Source of the DNA: Eledone cirrhosa
Taxonomy: Eukaryota
Length of the DNA stretch: 64,000 nucleotides
Direction: 5' to 3'
NCBI GenBank assembly: GCA_964016885.1
Contig: OZ024742.1
Span: 4,464,001-4,528,000, forward strand
Position 1 is the first letter of the stretch. The number at the start of each line of letters is the position of its first letter. Both the position numbers and the translations under genes were made by a program. Positions 32,482 through 45,627 of the stretch are shown in pieces. The notes under the pieces were generated by a model that was not told the origin of the DNA, searched no databases, and saw only the letters and a program-made list of their open reading frames with translations.

Positions 32482-35400
32482 GATAGAGTGAGACACGCTT
32501 CACATCGGCTCTGCTATTCTATCGGAATTTACCCTTACTATAGTAAGTACCAGTGAATTTTTTCAGTGCAACACATTTGGAACTCTTACCCCTGTTATTT
32601 GGGGAAACATTTTTACATTTACCCTCTTTTTAGGGGGTAAAATAAATAACTATTTTTCTGTAAAACTTCTTTCTTGGACGCATGGCGGGAAAGATGGCAG
32701 ATATGTCTGCCATTAGCTCTGCCACGCCCCCTAAGTCTGAAGAACAAAAAATGGATACAACAAAACTAGACAACGAAACAAACAAGGAAAATGAAAAAAC
32801 AAATGTTACGGAAAATGAGCAAACGGAAAACAAACACACAGAAAATGAGAATACAAAAAACAACAAGGCAACTTTCGCCCAGACAACCAAAAAATCTATA
32901 ATATATACACCTATTGACTTGACTGCCGCCAGAGAAAAACTGGCAGAAGCAAAAAAGCACATAGTCTTGGGGGAGAACGGAATGTTTTCCATTAATTCCC
33001 CCCCCCCCCCCATAATTCAAGAAAACGAGACTAGAAAACACTGTTCTGTTTAGAACAATTCTAAACCACACGAGAAAGCCAGCACAGCCCAGCCAAATGG
33101 AGATAGAGTTAGTCATAAAAGACTATATGAAGAATATTCTCTTCATACGAAAGGACCGACTCTATGGCAGCATTTCTGTTTTAACAAAAGACAAGGAAAC
33201 AGCACAGAGGCTTTCCCTAAGCCCACTCTCAACAACAGCATACAGTTTCTATCCCTCCTACATGGGTAGAAGAACTCAGAGAGTCAAAATACAGACACTG
33301 CTGTCCACAATGGACTTCTGGTAGGCTATTGCTGGCTTCATAGACATGGGCGAGGACACAGTGTTGTCAATGGGGAAGGCATCTGGAGATGCGTTCCTGG
33401 GAATGGGCCTCGACCTACTAGTCCAAATGAGGCCCGAAAGAATAGCGCAAATCCCGGATCGCATCTGGCTGGATGACCTCACCCCAATATATATAATTGT
33501 AGAGGGGAGAAGACCAGCATGCTATTCATGCATGGAAAGGGGACACGTTAAGGCTAGCTGCCCGAATCGTATCCCCCAAAAAGGGGCAGTTAGCCTTAAC
33601 GTTACTCCATCGATTCGACCTGGTCGATAGATTTCGACTAGATTTTCCAACTGTGCCAACCTGGACCTGGGCAAACCGCAGTGGTCAATCTAGATCGTAC
33701 CTAGATAGGTTTTTGGTTAGGAGTAAGGATAGGGACGTATTTAGTTGTCCAGAATTGCTCATGGTTGGCTATTCAGATCACAAATTAGTGACCTGCGTGG
33801 TCAACCTTGATAGAACGCATAGACAGAGTCCCGGTTACTGGAAGATGAACTTGTCCTTGCCGGCAAAGGAAGCTTACACGAACCGGATTAGTAGCTTAGT
33901 TAAGATGCGGTTGATGGGAGCGATCGTATACAGCAGGTGGTGGGTATCTCTAAAGAGAGAGATTAAAGTAAGTTCGATAGGTTACAGTAAGGAACTAGCG
34001 GCGAATAGAAATAGGAGGGAAAGGGAGTTAACAGATAAACTAGAAGAGGCGATTAGGAGCGGAGACGTGGCCAGAATGTTAGCGTCGAGAACGGCGTTGA
34101 GCCAGTTCTTTGACGCGAAGCACGAAGGCTGCGTTTCCGAAGTAAAATACGTGCTTTAGGAAACGAGGGGACCAAAGCTGTTAGCTGGGCCCGCGTGACA
34201 GAAGCCAAGAGTGGGATTAAATCCACCATTCGGTCTTTGCGAGACCAGGATGGACGGGTGATCCTTGAACCTGAGCGGATGTGCGAGGCCTTTCAAAGGC
34301 ACTTTGCTCGACTGTTCGGAGGGGGCGGGGGGCCGGACGGGGATGTGGACTTCGGTCCATACCTCGACGGTCTACCGCGTCTTTCGAGCGGCGAAGCGGA
34401 GTGCTGCGAAAGGCCGATCACAGCCACTGAAATCGGTGAAGCGCTCAGCCAATGCAGCAGGCGCAAATCTCCGGGTCTCGATGGTCTACCATACGAACTT
34501 TATTTAGCTATGCCGGTCTTGTTCTCCGAACTCCTCGAGGCTGGCAACAGAACGGGAGAATTCCCTGTTCTGTGACCAAGGGCGTAGTTACGCTAGTGAG
34601 GAAGGACGAGAGCAAGGGGGACGACTTAAGTAACTTTAGGCCCATAACTCTGCTGAATGCAGAGTTACAGATTTTGCCAAGGTGTTGGCGAAGAGGTTGG
34701 CGCTTGTGGTGGGTGGTATGGTGGGAGACGCGCAGACATGCGCTATCCCGTCCAGATCCATTCACGACAACCTCCACCTCATGCGATACATCGTAGAGAG
34801 GGTTGGGAACGAACCCGGCTTTGGTGGGGCCCTGATCAACTTGGATCAATCTAAGGTTTTCGATAGGGTCGATCATGGTTACCTGGATGCGGTGCTAGCG
34901 GCGGCGGTCTTCGGACCCGTTTTCAGGGGCTGGATTTCTGCCATGCACAGTGGCAACGTCTGCTCTAGGGTTAAAGTAAACGGCTACCTCTCGGTGCCGT
35001 TTAAAATTACCCGGTCCATCAGGAAGGGGTGCCCCCTCTCCTCCCTTCTGTACGTATTGGCTCTCGAGCCACTGCTGCGGAAGTTGGAGTTGCTGCGGGG
35101 CATACCCCTGGAACCGGGATTGCACAAAGCGGTCTCGGCCTATGCCGACGACGTAACAGTAATGGTGGCGGACGCCTCGGAAATCGGGGTGATCGCCACC
35201 CTACTGGAGGAATACGAAAGGCTGACGGGGGCTAGGCTGAACCGGGACAAGTCAGTCGGTTTGCAACTCGGAACGTGGAGGGGCAAACCGATGCCGTTAG
35301 ACGGTTTCGTCGGGCGGTGGACGGAGGGCCCGGTGAAGCTGCTCGGGGTCTGGTTCGGACCGGACCTCCAGGTGGAGAAGAATTGGGGCGAGGTGACGAG

Positions 35401-36751
35401 CAGGGTGTTGGCGCTGACCCAGAAGTGGGCCAAGTGCAAACTATCACTGAAAGGTCGGGCGGAGGTGACGAACGCTTACATAGCGTCCGTCATCTACTAC
35501 CGCCTGACCGTCGTGCCTTGCCCAAAGGAAACGCTCACCATCATGGAGCGCATGCTCTTCCAGTTCCTCTGGAAGAAGCGGCCTCCCATGGTGAGGAGAT
35601 CCATCTGCTGCCAGCACCCTTCGAAAGGAGGGCTGGGTATGCCGTGGCTGTTGATGCGTAGGCACGCATTGAGGCTACGGCATCTACAGGTATTCCTCAC
35701 CGGTCAGCCGGTGTGGGCCCCGTTTGTGAGGCGAGCCTTCCCACAGCTCGTCTCGCTCACCGAGCTGCAATCGTGGGTGAAGCAAAGACCGAGAAAACTG
35801 GGCAACTGGCACACCGAGTGTACCCAGGCGCTCATGGCTCTCTGGCAAGCGGACCCGACTATCAGTGGAGAATCCACCTCGACATTCTATAGAGGGCTGG
35901 TGGCTAGCAGGGGCGACGACACCCTTGGAGAGTCGCTAGGCATGGAGGAGGACGAACTGGCCAGCCTGTTCGGTAGAACTTTCGGCCCGGGACCCATGGA
36001 CAACTTCCAGAGGTCCCTAGCCTGGCAGTGATACCGGGGGGCTCTGCCCGTTCGAGAAAAGCTCTACAGACGCGGGCGCCCGGGCAGGGATCCCGCGAAA
36101 AAGATCTGTCCCAGATGCGTGCGCGACGATGAAACCGTTGCGCACGAACTAGTACACTGCCCGGGCGTTGCCGATCTGTGGGGCTACGTCGAACGATTGC
36201 TATCGCGTGTGGCGCCGATTCGATTGGCCGCCGAGTCTGTGGTGAACATCAAGCCGCCTCCTCCCTTCAGAAATGAAGCAGAGGCGGTCTTTCTGTGCGT
36301 AATAGCCATGATGAAAGAGGTTGTGTGGTGGACGCGCCTGAAAGGTCTGAGGTTGGGTGACTTTGTCTTCGGCCAACACCTTGTTTACTTCTTCCGATAC
36401 CACTTCGGAAGAAGGATCAGGATGGAGAGAGAAGTGCTTGGCCCCAGACAGTTTTATGAAAGGTGGGTGAAAGAAGCGAGAATGGCTCGTGTAAATGGGC
36501 CTTCTCTCTACATTGTTCTGTAGGTGAAGAAGTGAAGAGGAAAGGGGGAGCGCCTCCTCTCTGGGCTTCCCCCGCGAAAAGGGTTGCACACTTTTCGGGG
36601 TATGTGCAATCCCCAACACGCCCCCTCCCTTTTGAGGACTTTTTATTATTATATTATTCTTATTGTTATGCCTTTTTCTTTACTCGCATTTATGTAAACT
36701 CCCCCCTGTGTATTTGTCCCTTTCTCTTGTGCCCTAGTGGCAAATAAAGAA
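32482..36751 (+). mobile_element. Tx1/L1-clade LINE, degenerate, with internal deletion, flanked by (TATC)n
   Basis: ORF1 remnant with CYSCMERGHVKASC knuckle (33346-33630); APE C-terminus TW..N...SYLDRFLV...SDH; RT SPGLDG, FRPITLLN, LDQSKVFDRV, GCPLS, YADD; C-terminal CPRC...ET..H..HC; AATAAA just before the 3' microsatellite. Confidence 0.9.
33653..36523 (+). pseudogene. LINE ORF2 (partial APE endonuclease, RT, CCHC) with frameshifts and a stop
   Basis: ORFs 33653-34159, 34195-34575, 34452-34796, 34682-36031 and 36119-36523. Confidence 0.88.
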
Positions 36752-36815
<64 letters not shown>

Positions 36816-37049
36816 CAATTTATCTATCTCAATTCTCTTCCGATTGGTAATTCTAACCTATTTGCATTGTACGACTTTCTAAACTTACAAACTTTTCATT
36901 TTCATATTCAAACAAACTATCACAATCTATATATATAATATATATAATATATATATATGTGCGTGTGTGTGTGTGGGGGTGGTGTCTGTGTGTCTGTGTT
37001 ACTCCGTTGCTTCATTTAATATATATATCTATCTATATATATATATATA

Positions 37050-37253
37050 TTGACCATCCATCGCCAACAAATCCGAGACGTAAACACAAGAAAAATCCCC
37101 TTAATTAGCCACATTGCAGATTGTGCAGGTATGACCCTACCCAACTTTAAAATCTCCCCCCTTTACAAGTGCCCCGATTCTTTCACTCAACAACAAAGAA
37201 TAAAGAAAGAAAAACTATTTATTAACAAATTTAAACTAAAATTAAATATGTAA
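37050..37253 (+). pseudogene. C-terminal GIY-YIG fragment of a 5'-truncated PLE
   Basis: H.QQIR...SHIADC...R..KE..FI.K....LN-stop pattern typical of PLE endonuclease ends. Starts directly after (TA)n. Confidence 0.6.
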
Positions 37254-37679
37254 TCGCTCCCATTAGATCCTCCCACCACATACACACCACGAAATAAGAG
37301 AGAAAGAATTGCTCATTCACATATTTTACAAAATTTCCTGATTGAAAACCACCACTGATGCTCTGCTCTGTTTTTTTTTAAATATCCCTCCACAAAGGGT
37401 CCTGTGACACACAATCTGAGACCCCCCCCCCCTCACACACACGCACATGTGTGTATTTTTATATGTACACTCTCACATTCTACACACTCCCTAAATCCAT
37501 ATTCCAAAAATAGAATTTCTTTTACAACCCTACTGTTGCCATAGAATTTGTCTCTAACTTACAATCCCCCACTCGCCACCCACATCTCAACTCTTGACCA
37601 GTCAACACAATTGAGATACATATTTACAGAATATTTCCTTTGTCCCTAAAAACAATTTTGTCCTGTGAAGAAACACACC

Positions 37680-37950
37680 TACCACCACTGCTGTTACTAC
37701 TACTACCACTGCTGTTACTACTACTATCACTGCTGCTGCTACTACCACTGCTGCTGCGGCTGCTACTACTACCACTACTGCTGCTACTACTACTACTACT
37801 ACTACTACTGCTGTTACTCTACTACTACCACTGTTGCTACTACTACCACTGCTGCTGCTACTACCACCACTGCTGCTGCTACTACCAACACTGCTGTTAC
37901 TACAACCACCACTGCTGCTGCTACTACCACCACTGCTGCTGCCACTATCA
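37680..37950. repeat. Compound (CTA/CTG/CCA)n trinucleotide repeat
   Basis: Seen directly. Confidence 0.9.
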
Positions 37951-38294
37951 TGACAACACACCTCTCTCTATATACACAAGAACTCATTCTTCAGTCTCCT
38001 TCACAGCAAGGAAGTTGAAAAATAAATTCCCTCTTAATTTTAAATCTTTAATTTTTAGTTTTTAATTCTTATTACTTATTTGATAAGAGGAATTTTAATA
38101 ATACATCGAAACCGGTAATACTTTATATACTTTATATACATTATAAAACTTTTTTTTTTAAAGATTTGTCCCTCTCATTTTTTCCATAATCTCATCTTTT
38201 CAGTAATGTCACTTTGACGAATCAAAGAAAGGAAAAAATAGAAAAAACAAACCCTCAAATATATTTTTCGTGCTATTTCTTTCCAACTTCACCC

Positions 38295-38359
<65 letters not shown>

Positions 38360-38367
<8 letters not shown>

Positions 38368-38928
38368 AGAAAAAATGGGGAGAAGAATACTGCAGGTTGC
38401 ACATGGATAACATGTAATAAAATAAGTCCCTCATCAGTGATTTGCCGACGATCATAGATATTTCATTGCATTAAAAATCATATACCTCACGTCGGTGCAA
38501 TAATAACTAAATTAAGTTATTAGGACAATTAAAACGCGTAAAGCGAGTGAGACAAGATAACAACAAGGATAGCTAACCGTGGAAAGAAGGAGACAAGCTT
38601 CATAGTTATTCTGTTAGCATAAGCTAGGTGAATATATGAGCGCTTAGAAAAAAGACCTTTCAGCAGCGAATTCAAATGTGAGAGAGAGAAAATGATTTCG
38701 TCGCGAACGGGGTGAAGTGAGAAGAGGAGAAACAGTGACTGAGTGAGGAAGAGTTAACGGACGTGACAGAGGGGGCGAAAGAAAGTAGGAGAAACAGAGA
38801 GAGCGAGGGAGCAGTAAGAGAGAGAGAGAGAGAGAAAAAAACAGAATCGCAGTATAGGTAAATATATGTGTGAAAAAATGGGGAGAAGAATACTGCTGGT
38901 TGCACATGGATAACATGTAATAAAATAA
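38360..38928 (-). mobile_element. Repeat family K copy, partial tandem (38360-38425 repeated at 38865-38928)
   Basis: Terminal direct repeat; body similar to 8530-9165 in reverse orientation; (TA)n flanks. Confidence 0.75.
38430..38495 (-). ncRNA. Candidate permuted k-turn hammerhead (family K)
   Basis: Minus strand: ccgacg-t-GA-ggtat-A-tgattt-ttaatgcaat-GAAAtatc-tat-GA-t-cgtcgg-c-aaatca-CTGATGA-g. Confidence 0.6.
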
Positions 38929-39117
38929 TATATATACAATGATATTAAATAAATGGAAACTATATTTATAAAACCATATTTATTCTATTACATATATTTC
39001 AAGGGTACCAAAAACTTTGGTACGCTTTCATCAAATAAAATACAAAGTGTGTTTTATAAATTTTGACATAGCCAAGGAACAAACCTTAACGGTTGAAATT
39101 TTCCTTAGATGGTGGAC

Positions 39118-39609
39118 TTACTTTAATTTTCAGCAAACAGGAGGAGATAAAGCTGACAAGGCCTTGTTTCGCATTTATTGATGCTTTGCTGAAAATTAAA
39201 GTAAGTGAGTGTGTCACTACTCTAAAACAATAGCATAAGGTCTTTTAATTAAGCATACAGTGTATTGCAAAATACACTATATATACATTCATATATATAT
39301 ATAGCTATTTCAGAGCACCAATTCTAATTTTCAATTTCTGCTTGACCGGCAACCGCTCTGTATAATCAGTTCCTGATTATTTACTAGAATTCTATAAGAA
39401 CCAAACATCCATGATTTCAGAAATCAGGAGGAGTAGTTGGCTTTGATAAGCATCAATAAATTCGAAACAAGGCCTTGTCAGCTTTATCTCCCCCTGTTTG
39501 CTGAAAATTAAAATAAGTGAGCCTGTCACTACTCTAAAACAATAGCATAAGGTCTTCGAAATGCTTTTAATTAAGCATACAGTGTATTGCAAAATACACT
39601 ATATATACA

Positions 39610-39612
<3 letters not shown>
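39118..39612 (+). mobile_element. HHR repeat family D (inverted piece + partial tandem); another copy at 47028-47290
   Basis: 39118-39186 is inverted relative to 39448-39520; 39186-39300 repeats 39498-39612; homology to 47028-47290. Confidence 0.75.
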
Positions 39613-39667
<55 letters not shown>

Positions 39668-39669
<2 letters not shown>

Positions 39670-40994
39670 AGTTAATATATATTAATATATGATAAACACA
39701 TACGTGTTTGTATTGTAAGAGACAAAGTTAGCTAGAATGAAATAAACTAATTAAAATGAATACAATTTGTCTGTCTCGATATAAGTCAATAAAGACAAGC
39801 AAAAGCCGTGATTCCTGGACAAATTTAAATTTAAAAATCCAAACCTGCTCCGTAGATGAATTTGAACCTCGAAACCTAAATATGTTTCGCAACGATGGTA
39901 TAAAAATTGAAATATAAAAAAATTGAAATATACAAAGTGAAATATTCAAATCTTCCGGGAGTATGGGATGGCTAGTATAGCTGGTTATACCACGTGTGAA
40001 TCAGTCCTGCAAAATTTTTGGAGGTGACATGTACTAATTTTACTGGATTCCTGTTGATAAGCACAGATTTGAATATTTCACTTTGCATATTTCAATTTTT
40101 TTATATTTCAATTTTTATACCATCGTTGCGAAACATATTTAGGTTTTGAGGTTCAAATTCATCTACGGAGCAGGTTTGGATTTTTAAATTTAAATTTGTC
40201 CAGGAATCACGGCTTTTGCCAATATAAGCTTGTCTTTATTGACTTATATCGAGACAGACAAATTGTATTCATTTTAATTAGTTTATTTCATTCTAGCTAA
40301 CTTTGTCTCTTACAATACAAACACGTATGTGTTTATCATATATAAATATATATTAACTTGTATTTCACTGCTCGGAAATGCTTCTTTCTTTGAGCTGATT
40401 AATTGTAAATGACTTTGAGTTTAAACTCTAAATATAATATAATATTATTGCTCCTTCACTGTAGAGCTAATTTTTAATCCCATATAAACGGCTGTTATTT
40501 CTAGCACCGGGAGTATGGGATGGCTAGTATAGCTGGTTATACCACGTGTGAATCAGTCCTGTAAAATTTTTGGAGGTGAAATGTACTAATTTTACTGGAT
40601 TCCTGTTGATAAGCACAGAAGATTTGAATATTTCACTTTGTATATTTCAATTTTTTAATATTTCAATTTGTATACCATCGTTGCGAAAGATATTTAGGTT
40701 TCGAGGTTCAAATTCATCTACGGAGCAGGTTTGGATTTTTAAATTTAAATTTGTCCAGGAATCACGGCTTTTGCCAATATAAGCTTGTCTTTATTGACTT
40801 ATATCGAGACAGACAAATTGTATTCATTTTAATTAGTTTATTTCATTCTAGCTAACTTTGTCTCTTACAATACAAACACGTATATGTTTATCATATATTA
40901 ATATATATTAACTTGTATTTCACTGCTCGGAAATGCTTCTTTCTTTGAGCTGATTAATTGTAAATTACTTTGAGTTTAAACTCTAAATATAATA

Positions 40995-41000
<6 letters not shown>
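39668..41000. mobile_element. Non-coding repeat family E: inverted piece 39668-39955 + 552 bp period tandem 39955-41000, between (TA)n tracts
   Basis: ccgggagtatggg at 39955 and 40507. The left block is the reverse complement of part of the unit. Confidence 0.8.
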
Positions 41001-41059
<59 letters not shown>

Positions 41060-41064
<5 letters not shown>

Positions 41065-41813
41065 CAAATAACGAAACGAAATTAAATTTCGTTTCGTTTG
41101 TAACTCACTTTTGTATGACTGACGCTTAAACAATTAAGTTAAAAATGTACATCTACATATGCATACTGAAATACTAGTGTGTATATGAATACACACACGT
41201 ATACATATGTAGGTGTACCAAGTCTTTCACTGGTCGCTTTACAGTGAGCGGCCCAGCTATTCTGTATGTAAACACACAGACAAACCGGTTTTTAGAGTCA
41301 TACTGGTTTTCGGGGGAACACCTTCCCTCTATTCTCCAGAAATTGTTTAAGCGTCAGTCATACAAAAGTGAGTTACAAACGAAACGAAATTTAATTTCGT
41401 TTCGTTATTTGTTTTTATCGTCTCCGCTGAACCGGTGCGTACTCACACTCTATGCAAATTAGTCTGCCCACTACTAATTTTCATAGAAAAAGCATATAAC
41501 GATATGTGCTTTTACAATTCTCCAGAAAGGCCGGTAGATAGGTAAATATTGCTGATGAGTTGTAACAACAACGAAACTAGTTCAATATTCCTTGTCTGGC
41601 TTTCTGGAGAATAGAGGGAAGGTGTTCCCCCGAAAACCAGTATGACTCTAAAAACCGGTTTGTCTGTGTGTTTACATACAGAATAGCTGGGCCGCTCACT
41701 GTAAAGCGACCAGTGAAAGACTTGGTACACCTACATATGTATACGTGTGTGTATTCATATACACACTAGTATTTCAGTATGCATATGTAGATGTACATTT
41801 TTAACTTAATTGT
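41060..41813 (+). mobile_element. HHR repeat family F: inverted block 41060-41340 + forward unit 41341-41813, in (TA)n
   Basis: 41130-41340 is the reverse complement of 41603-41813. Homologous to 60559-61404. Confidence 0.82.
41545..41589 (+). ncRNA. Minimal type I hammerhead
   Basis: aatattg-CTGATGA-gttgt aaca acaac-GAAAC-ta-GTT-caatatt. Confidence 0.85.
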
Positions 41814-41845
<32 letters not shown>

Positions 41846-43014
41846 ATATATATATATATATATATAAGTAGAAGTGGTATATAATTTGTTGGAAGTCCGA
41901 CAAACATAAATGTTTATAACTGATTTAGAGCACTCAACAGTTTACTGGAGTAAATATTCAATGATATTAAATAAATGGAAGCTATATTTATAAAACCATA
42001 TTTATTTTATTATATATATTCCAAGGGTAACCAAAACAACATTGGTACGCTTTCATCAGATAAAATACAAAGTTTGTTTTATAAATAGAGACATACCAAT
42101 GAAAATCATACCTTATCGGTTGGAAATTCACTGGATAGTGGAAATATATTAGGGATTATTCAAACTTATGTGTGAATATGCAAATGAATATGTAAATAAT
42201 TGAAAAACAACCGTTTATTTAAATGACACTGGTGAAAGAGAGAGAGAAAAAATATTAGTGGATAAAGATAAAAAATATTACGAGAGAGATAGAAAGAAGA
42301 AATTAACAAGAGGATGAATAAAACTCATATAACGTTAATTTGGGGTAAATATATTCTAAGTATATATCTAATAGTACGTGTATTTACGATTAATTAGTTG
42401 TTTAAAATTATTTTCTAATATAATATTTTCTGTTATAAGTAGATAGAAAAATAAATAGATAGAAAAATAGATAGAAAATAACTAAATAAATAAATAAATA
42501 GATAAATAAATAAATAAATAAATAGATAATAGATAAATAGATAAATAAATGAATAGATGGGTATATCGTGTTATAGATAATTGTTTTAATGAGTTATGAG
42601 GGATATTGGTTTTGTATTTAATATAAGTAAATATTAAGTTAAATTAAATTAAGTTAACTGAATTAATAAGAATATTTATATTTATATATTTTAAAATGGG
42701 AAGATACGGAAAAAACTCCAGCATTGTTTATTTATTCGTTAGTATGAGACTATTTTGTCAAAATAAGTCTAAATGTTAAAGATATATTTAGCAGAATTAG
42801 TTAGTGTTTATAAATCTAATAAAAGATATTGAAAAAATATTAAAATTTGGAGAACATTTTTTTAAAATAATTTATAAGAGATAAGTAATTTTTAAAAAAT
42901 AAGTAATTTTTAAAGATAGATAAAAAATTAAAGAAATAAAAAATAAAAAATAAATAATTAAAAATTATTAAGATTAAAATTACAATTAAAATTAAAATTT
43001 AAAGTATGAAAATA

Positions 43015-43690
43015 ATTTCCTCAACACACAATTTGCAGAATCTAGATAAAGCTGTGTTTCGGTATGTGGGTGCTCACGAAATTATTTCCCAAGTTAAAGA
43101 ATAGTCCATATTTTTGCATTTTAAGTTCCATATCAGGTTTGAAAGAGAAGTTGAAGATTTTTTATCAATTCTTTGGAAAGAGCATTTGTGATTATTCCAG
43201 CGACTTTTAAATTCTGTAGAACTTACACCTACATAGTTAAATATATTATCACTGGTTTTAACTGTACATTTATAGACCACGTCCTTATCTAAACACTTAT
43301 TTTGTAAAGGACAGTTTAATTTAAGTCTACAGTTACATTTTGCGGAGTTGTTCTTATTCAGAACGGTACTATTATGTTGGATATTGCTAGAGATATTACT
43401 GCTATTTTGGTTATTTTGGTTAGGGTTTAAATTTCTATTATTGATTCTATTTATATTTTGTGCTATGTTCATAGTTGTAGAGTAGGATAGTTTTATAGTA
43501 TGTCTGTTAAAGATTGAGTGGTATATGTGGGCTTTAGGAAAACATTTATCTAGTGCTTTAAAGAATAGTTTTGCTAAAGGTGTTTTAACGCTTAATGAGA
43601 ATGGTGGTGATGCCAAATAATATTTCTAGTTCTATTTCTTCTGTTAGTTTTAGAGTTTAAGTTAGATTTTTTAGTGTAATTGTGATTAAT
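43015..43690 (-). pseudogene. Naiad-like PLE thumb + GIY-YIG fragment (AT-rich 3' region probably extends toward ~42 kb)
   Basis: RNIIW..PPFS, FNRHTIKLSYS, CNCRLKLNCPLQNKCL, VVYKC, NYVGVS..FKSRWNNH. Confidence 0.85.
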
Positions 43691-43702
43691 AGTAGGGTTA
43701 TT

Positions 43703-43721
43703 TGCCTTATCACTGTTGTCG

Positions 43722-43756
<35 letters not shown>

Positions 43757-45596
43757 CGTGTGTGTGCGTGTGTGTGGGATGGGGTGTAAATATGGGGCTA
43801 GATGCTCTATCAAGTTATAAATTGGGTGTTGAGTTCTAGTCTATTATTGATTGGTGGTTGTTTTTTGTCTATAATTAGTGCTTCCTTAATTCTAAGATTG
43901 CCGAGGTTTCTTTCCTTAGTTTCTATCCTAACTGTTATGGTTTTTTCGGTGTTTTTGTATTTAACTATATACAAAGATCCCGGACATGACTGCAGCCCAG
44001 ATCGAAAAAACAGACCAACTCTATCTGGTTCGACATCTGTAAGAGAAGACAACTCCCAAATAAAGTTAAGCTCAACTACACCACTAGAAATAGCAGACTG
44101 CCCACTTTCTACCACCTCATCAAGACCCACAAGAATAGTAATAAGACACAAATAAGACCCATCGTCTCTAGCATAGAAGGACCTTTATACAAAATTTCCT
44201 GGCTCCTCTCCCAGGCCCTCAAGCGTCTACCCTCCACCTTTCCCGGGCACGTCAGTAGCTCCGACGAAGTCATACGTAGACTACACCAACTCCAACCAGA
44301 ACAACTTAAACTAAATAGATACGCTTTTAGCATCGACATTGTCTCCCTCTACACTACAGTCCCCGCTCATCCAGCTGTCGATTTATTGACAGACTGCGTG
44401 GTCGCAGAGGACATCCACTGCTACGGCCTCCTTCCGACGGACATACACCAGTGGACAACACGTACTTCACCTTCCACCACCACACATACAGACAGACAAC
44501 AGGATTACCCATGGGATCCAGCCTATCGGGCCTGTTGGCCATCACCTATATGAACCAGCTAGAATGCCGAGCCCTCAACACCTGCCATCCCCATACCTTC
44601 TTCACCCGATATGTAGATGACATACTCATCCTTACATCATCCCGTGAGGAGGCGGATAAAATATGCACAACATTCTCCAGCATGGATGCCAGTATAAAGT
44701 TCAGCATGGAACACCCCGATGACCGCGGATCCCTATCCCTACTGGACTTCCAACTCAGGGTAACAGAGGAAGGCAACATCCATGCTTGCCACTATAAAAA
44801 AGCCGCCATCAGGGACCTGTTCGTACATTTCAGATCTACCCTCCCAGCCAGCGCTAAGTTCGGATACATAAGGAACGAATTACACGTATCCGGAACAAAT
44901 GCACCGACGCTAGAGACCGAGACACACACACCACACATTTCCTGGAAGTACTCTAACTGAACGGATACACGACATCCACCACAAACCGTGCCAGAAAGAA
45001 CAGAGGACACCACACCCGAGGCACTAACACTTGCTTCCTGAAGCTCCCACACTTCAGTGACGAAACAACAACAGCCATCCGCAGAGCTAGCAGACGAGAG
45101 GGACTAGATATCCAACTGGCTCACGCAGTTCCTTCTCTACGCGGAGAGCTAACCAAAAGACACTCCACCAGACATGACAACCGTTGCGGGCTAGCCAACT
45201 GCCCCATCAACGACACAGACCTATGCCACCAGGCTTACGTCGTATAGAGACTAGAGTGCGACAAATGCAGCAACTTCTACGTAGGTAGCACCACCAGACC
45301 ACTCCACATAAGAATAAAAGAACACCTCAATACTAACGCTTCCTCATTTAAGAAACACCTAGTTAAATGTAAAAACACCGAAAAAACCATAACAGTTAGG
45401 ATAGAAACTAAGTAAAGAAACCTCGGCAATATTAGAATTAAGGAAGCACTAATTATAGACAAAACAAAACCACCAATCAATAATAGACTAGAACTCAACA
45501 CCCAATTTATAACTTGATAGAGCATCTAGCCCCATATTTACACCGCATCCCACACACACGCACACACACACGCACGCACACACGCACGCACACACA

Positions 45597-45627
<31 letters not shown>

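Noticed and set aside
37602-38065. Cys/Tyr/His-rich or mucin-like ORFs
   Set aside because: A trinucleotide repeat open in several frames, with no splice or homology support.
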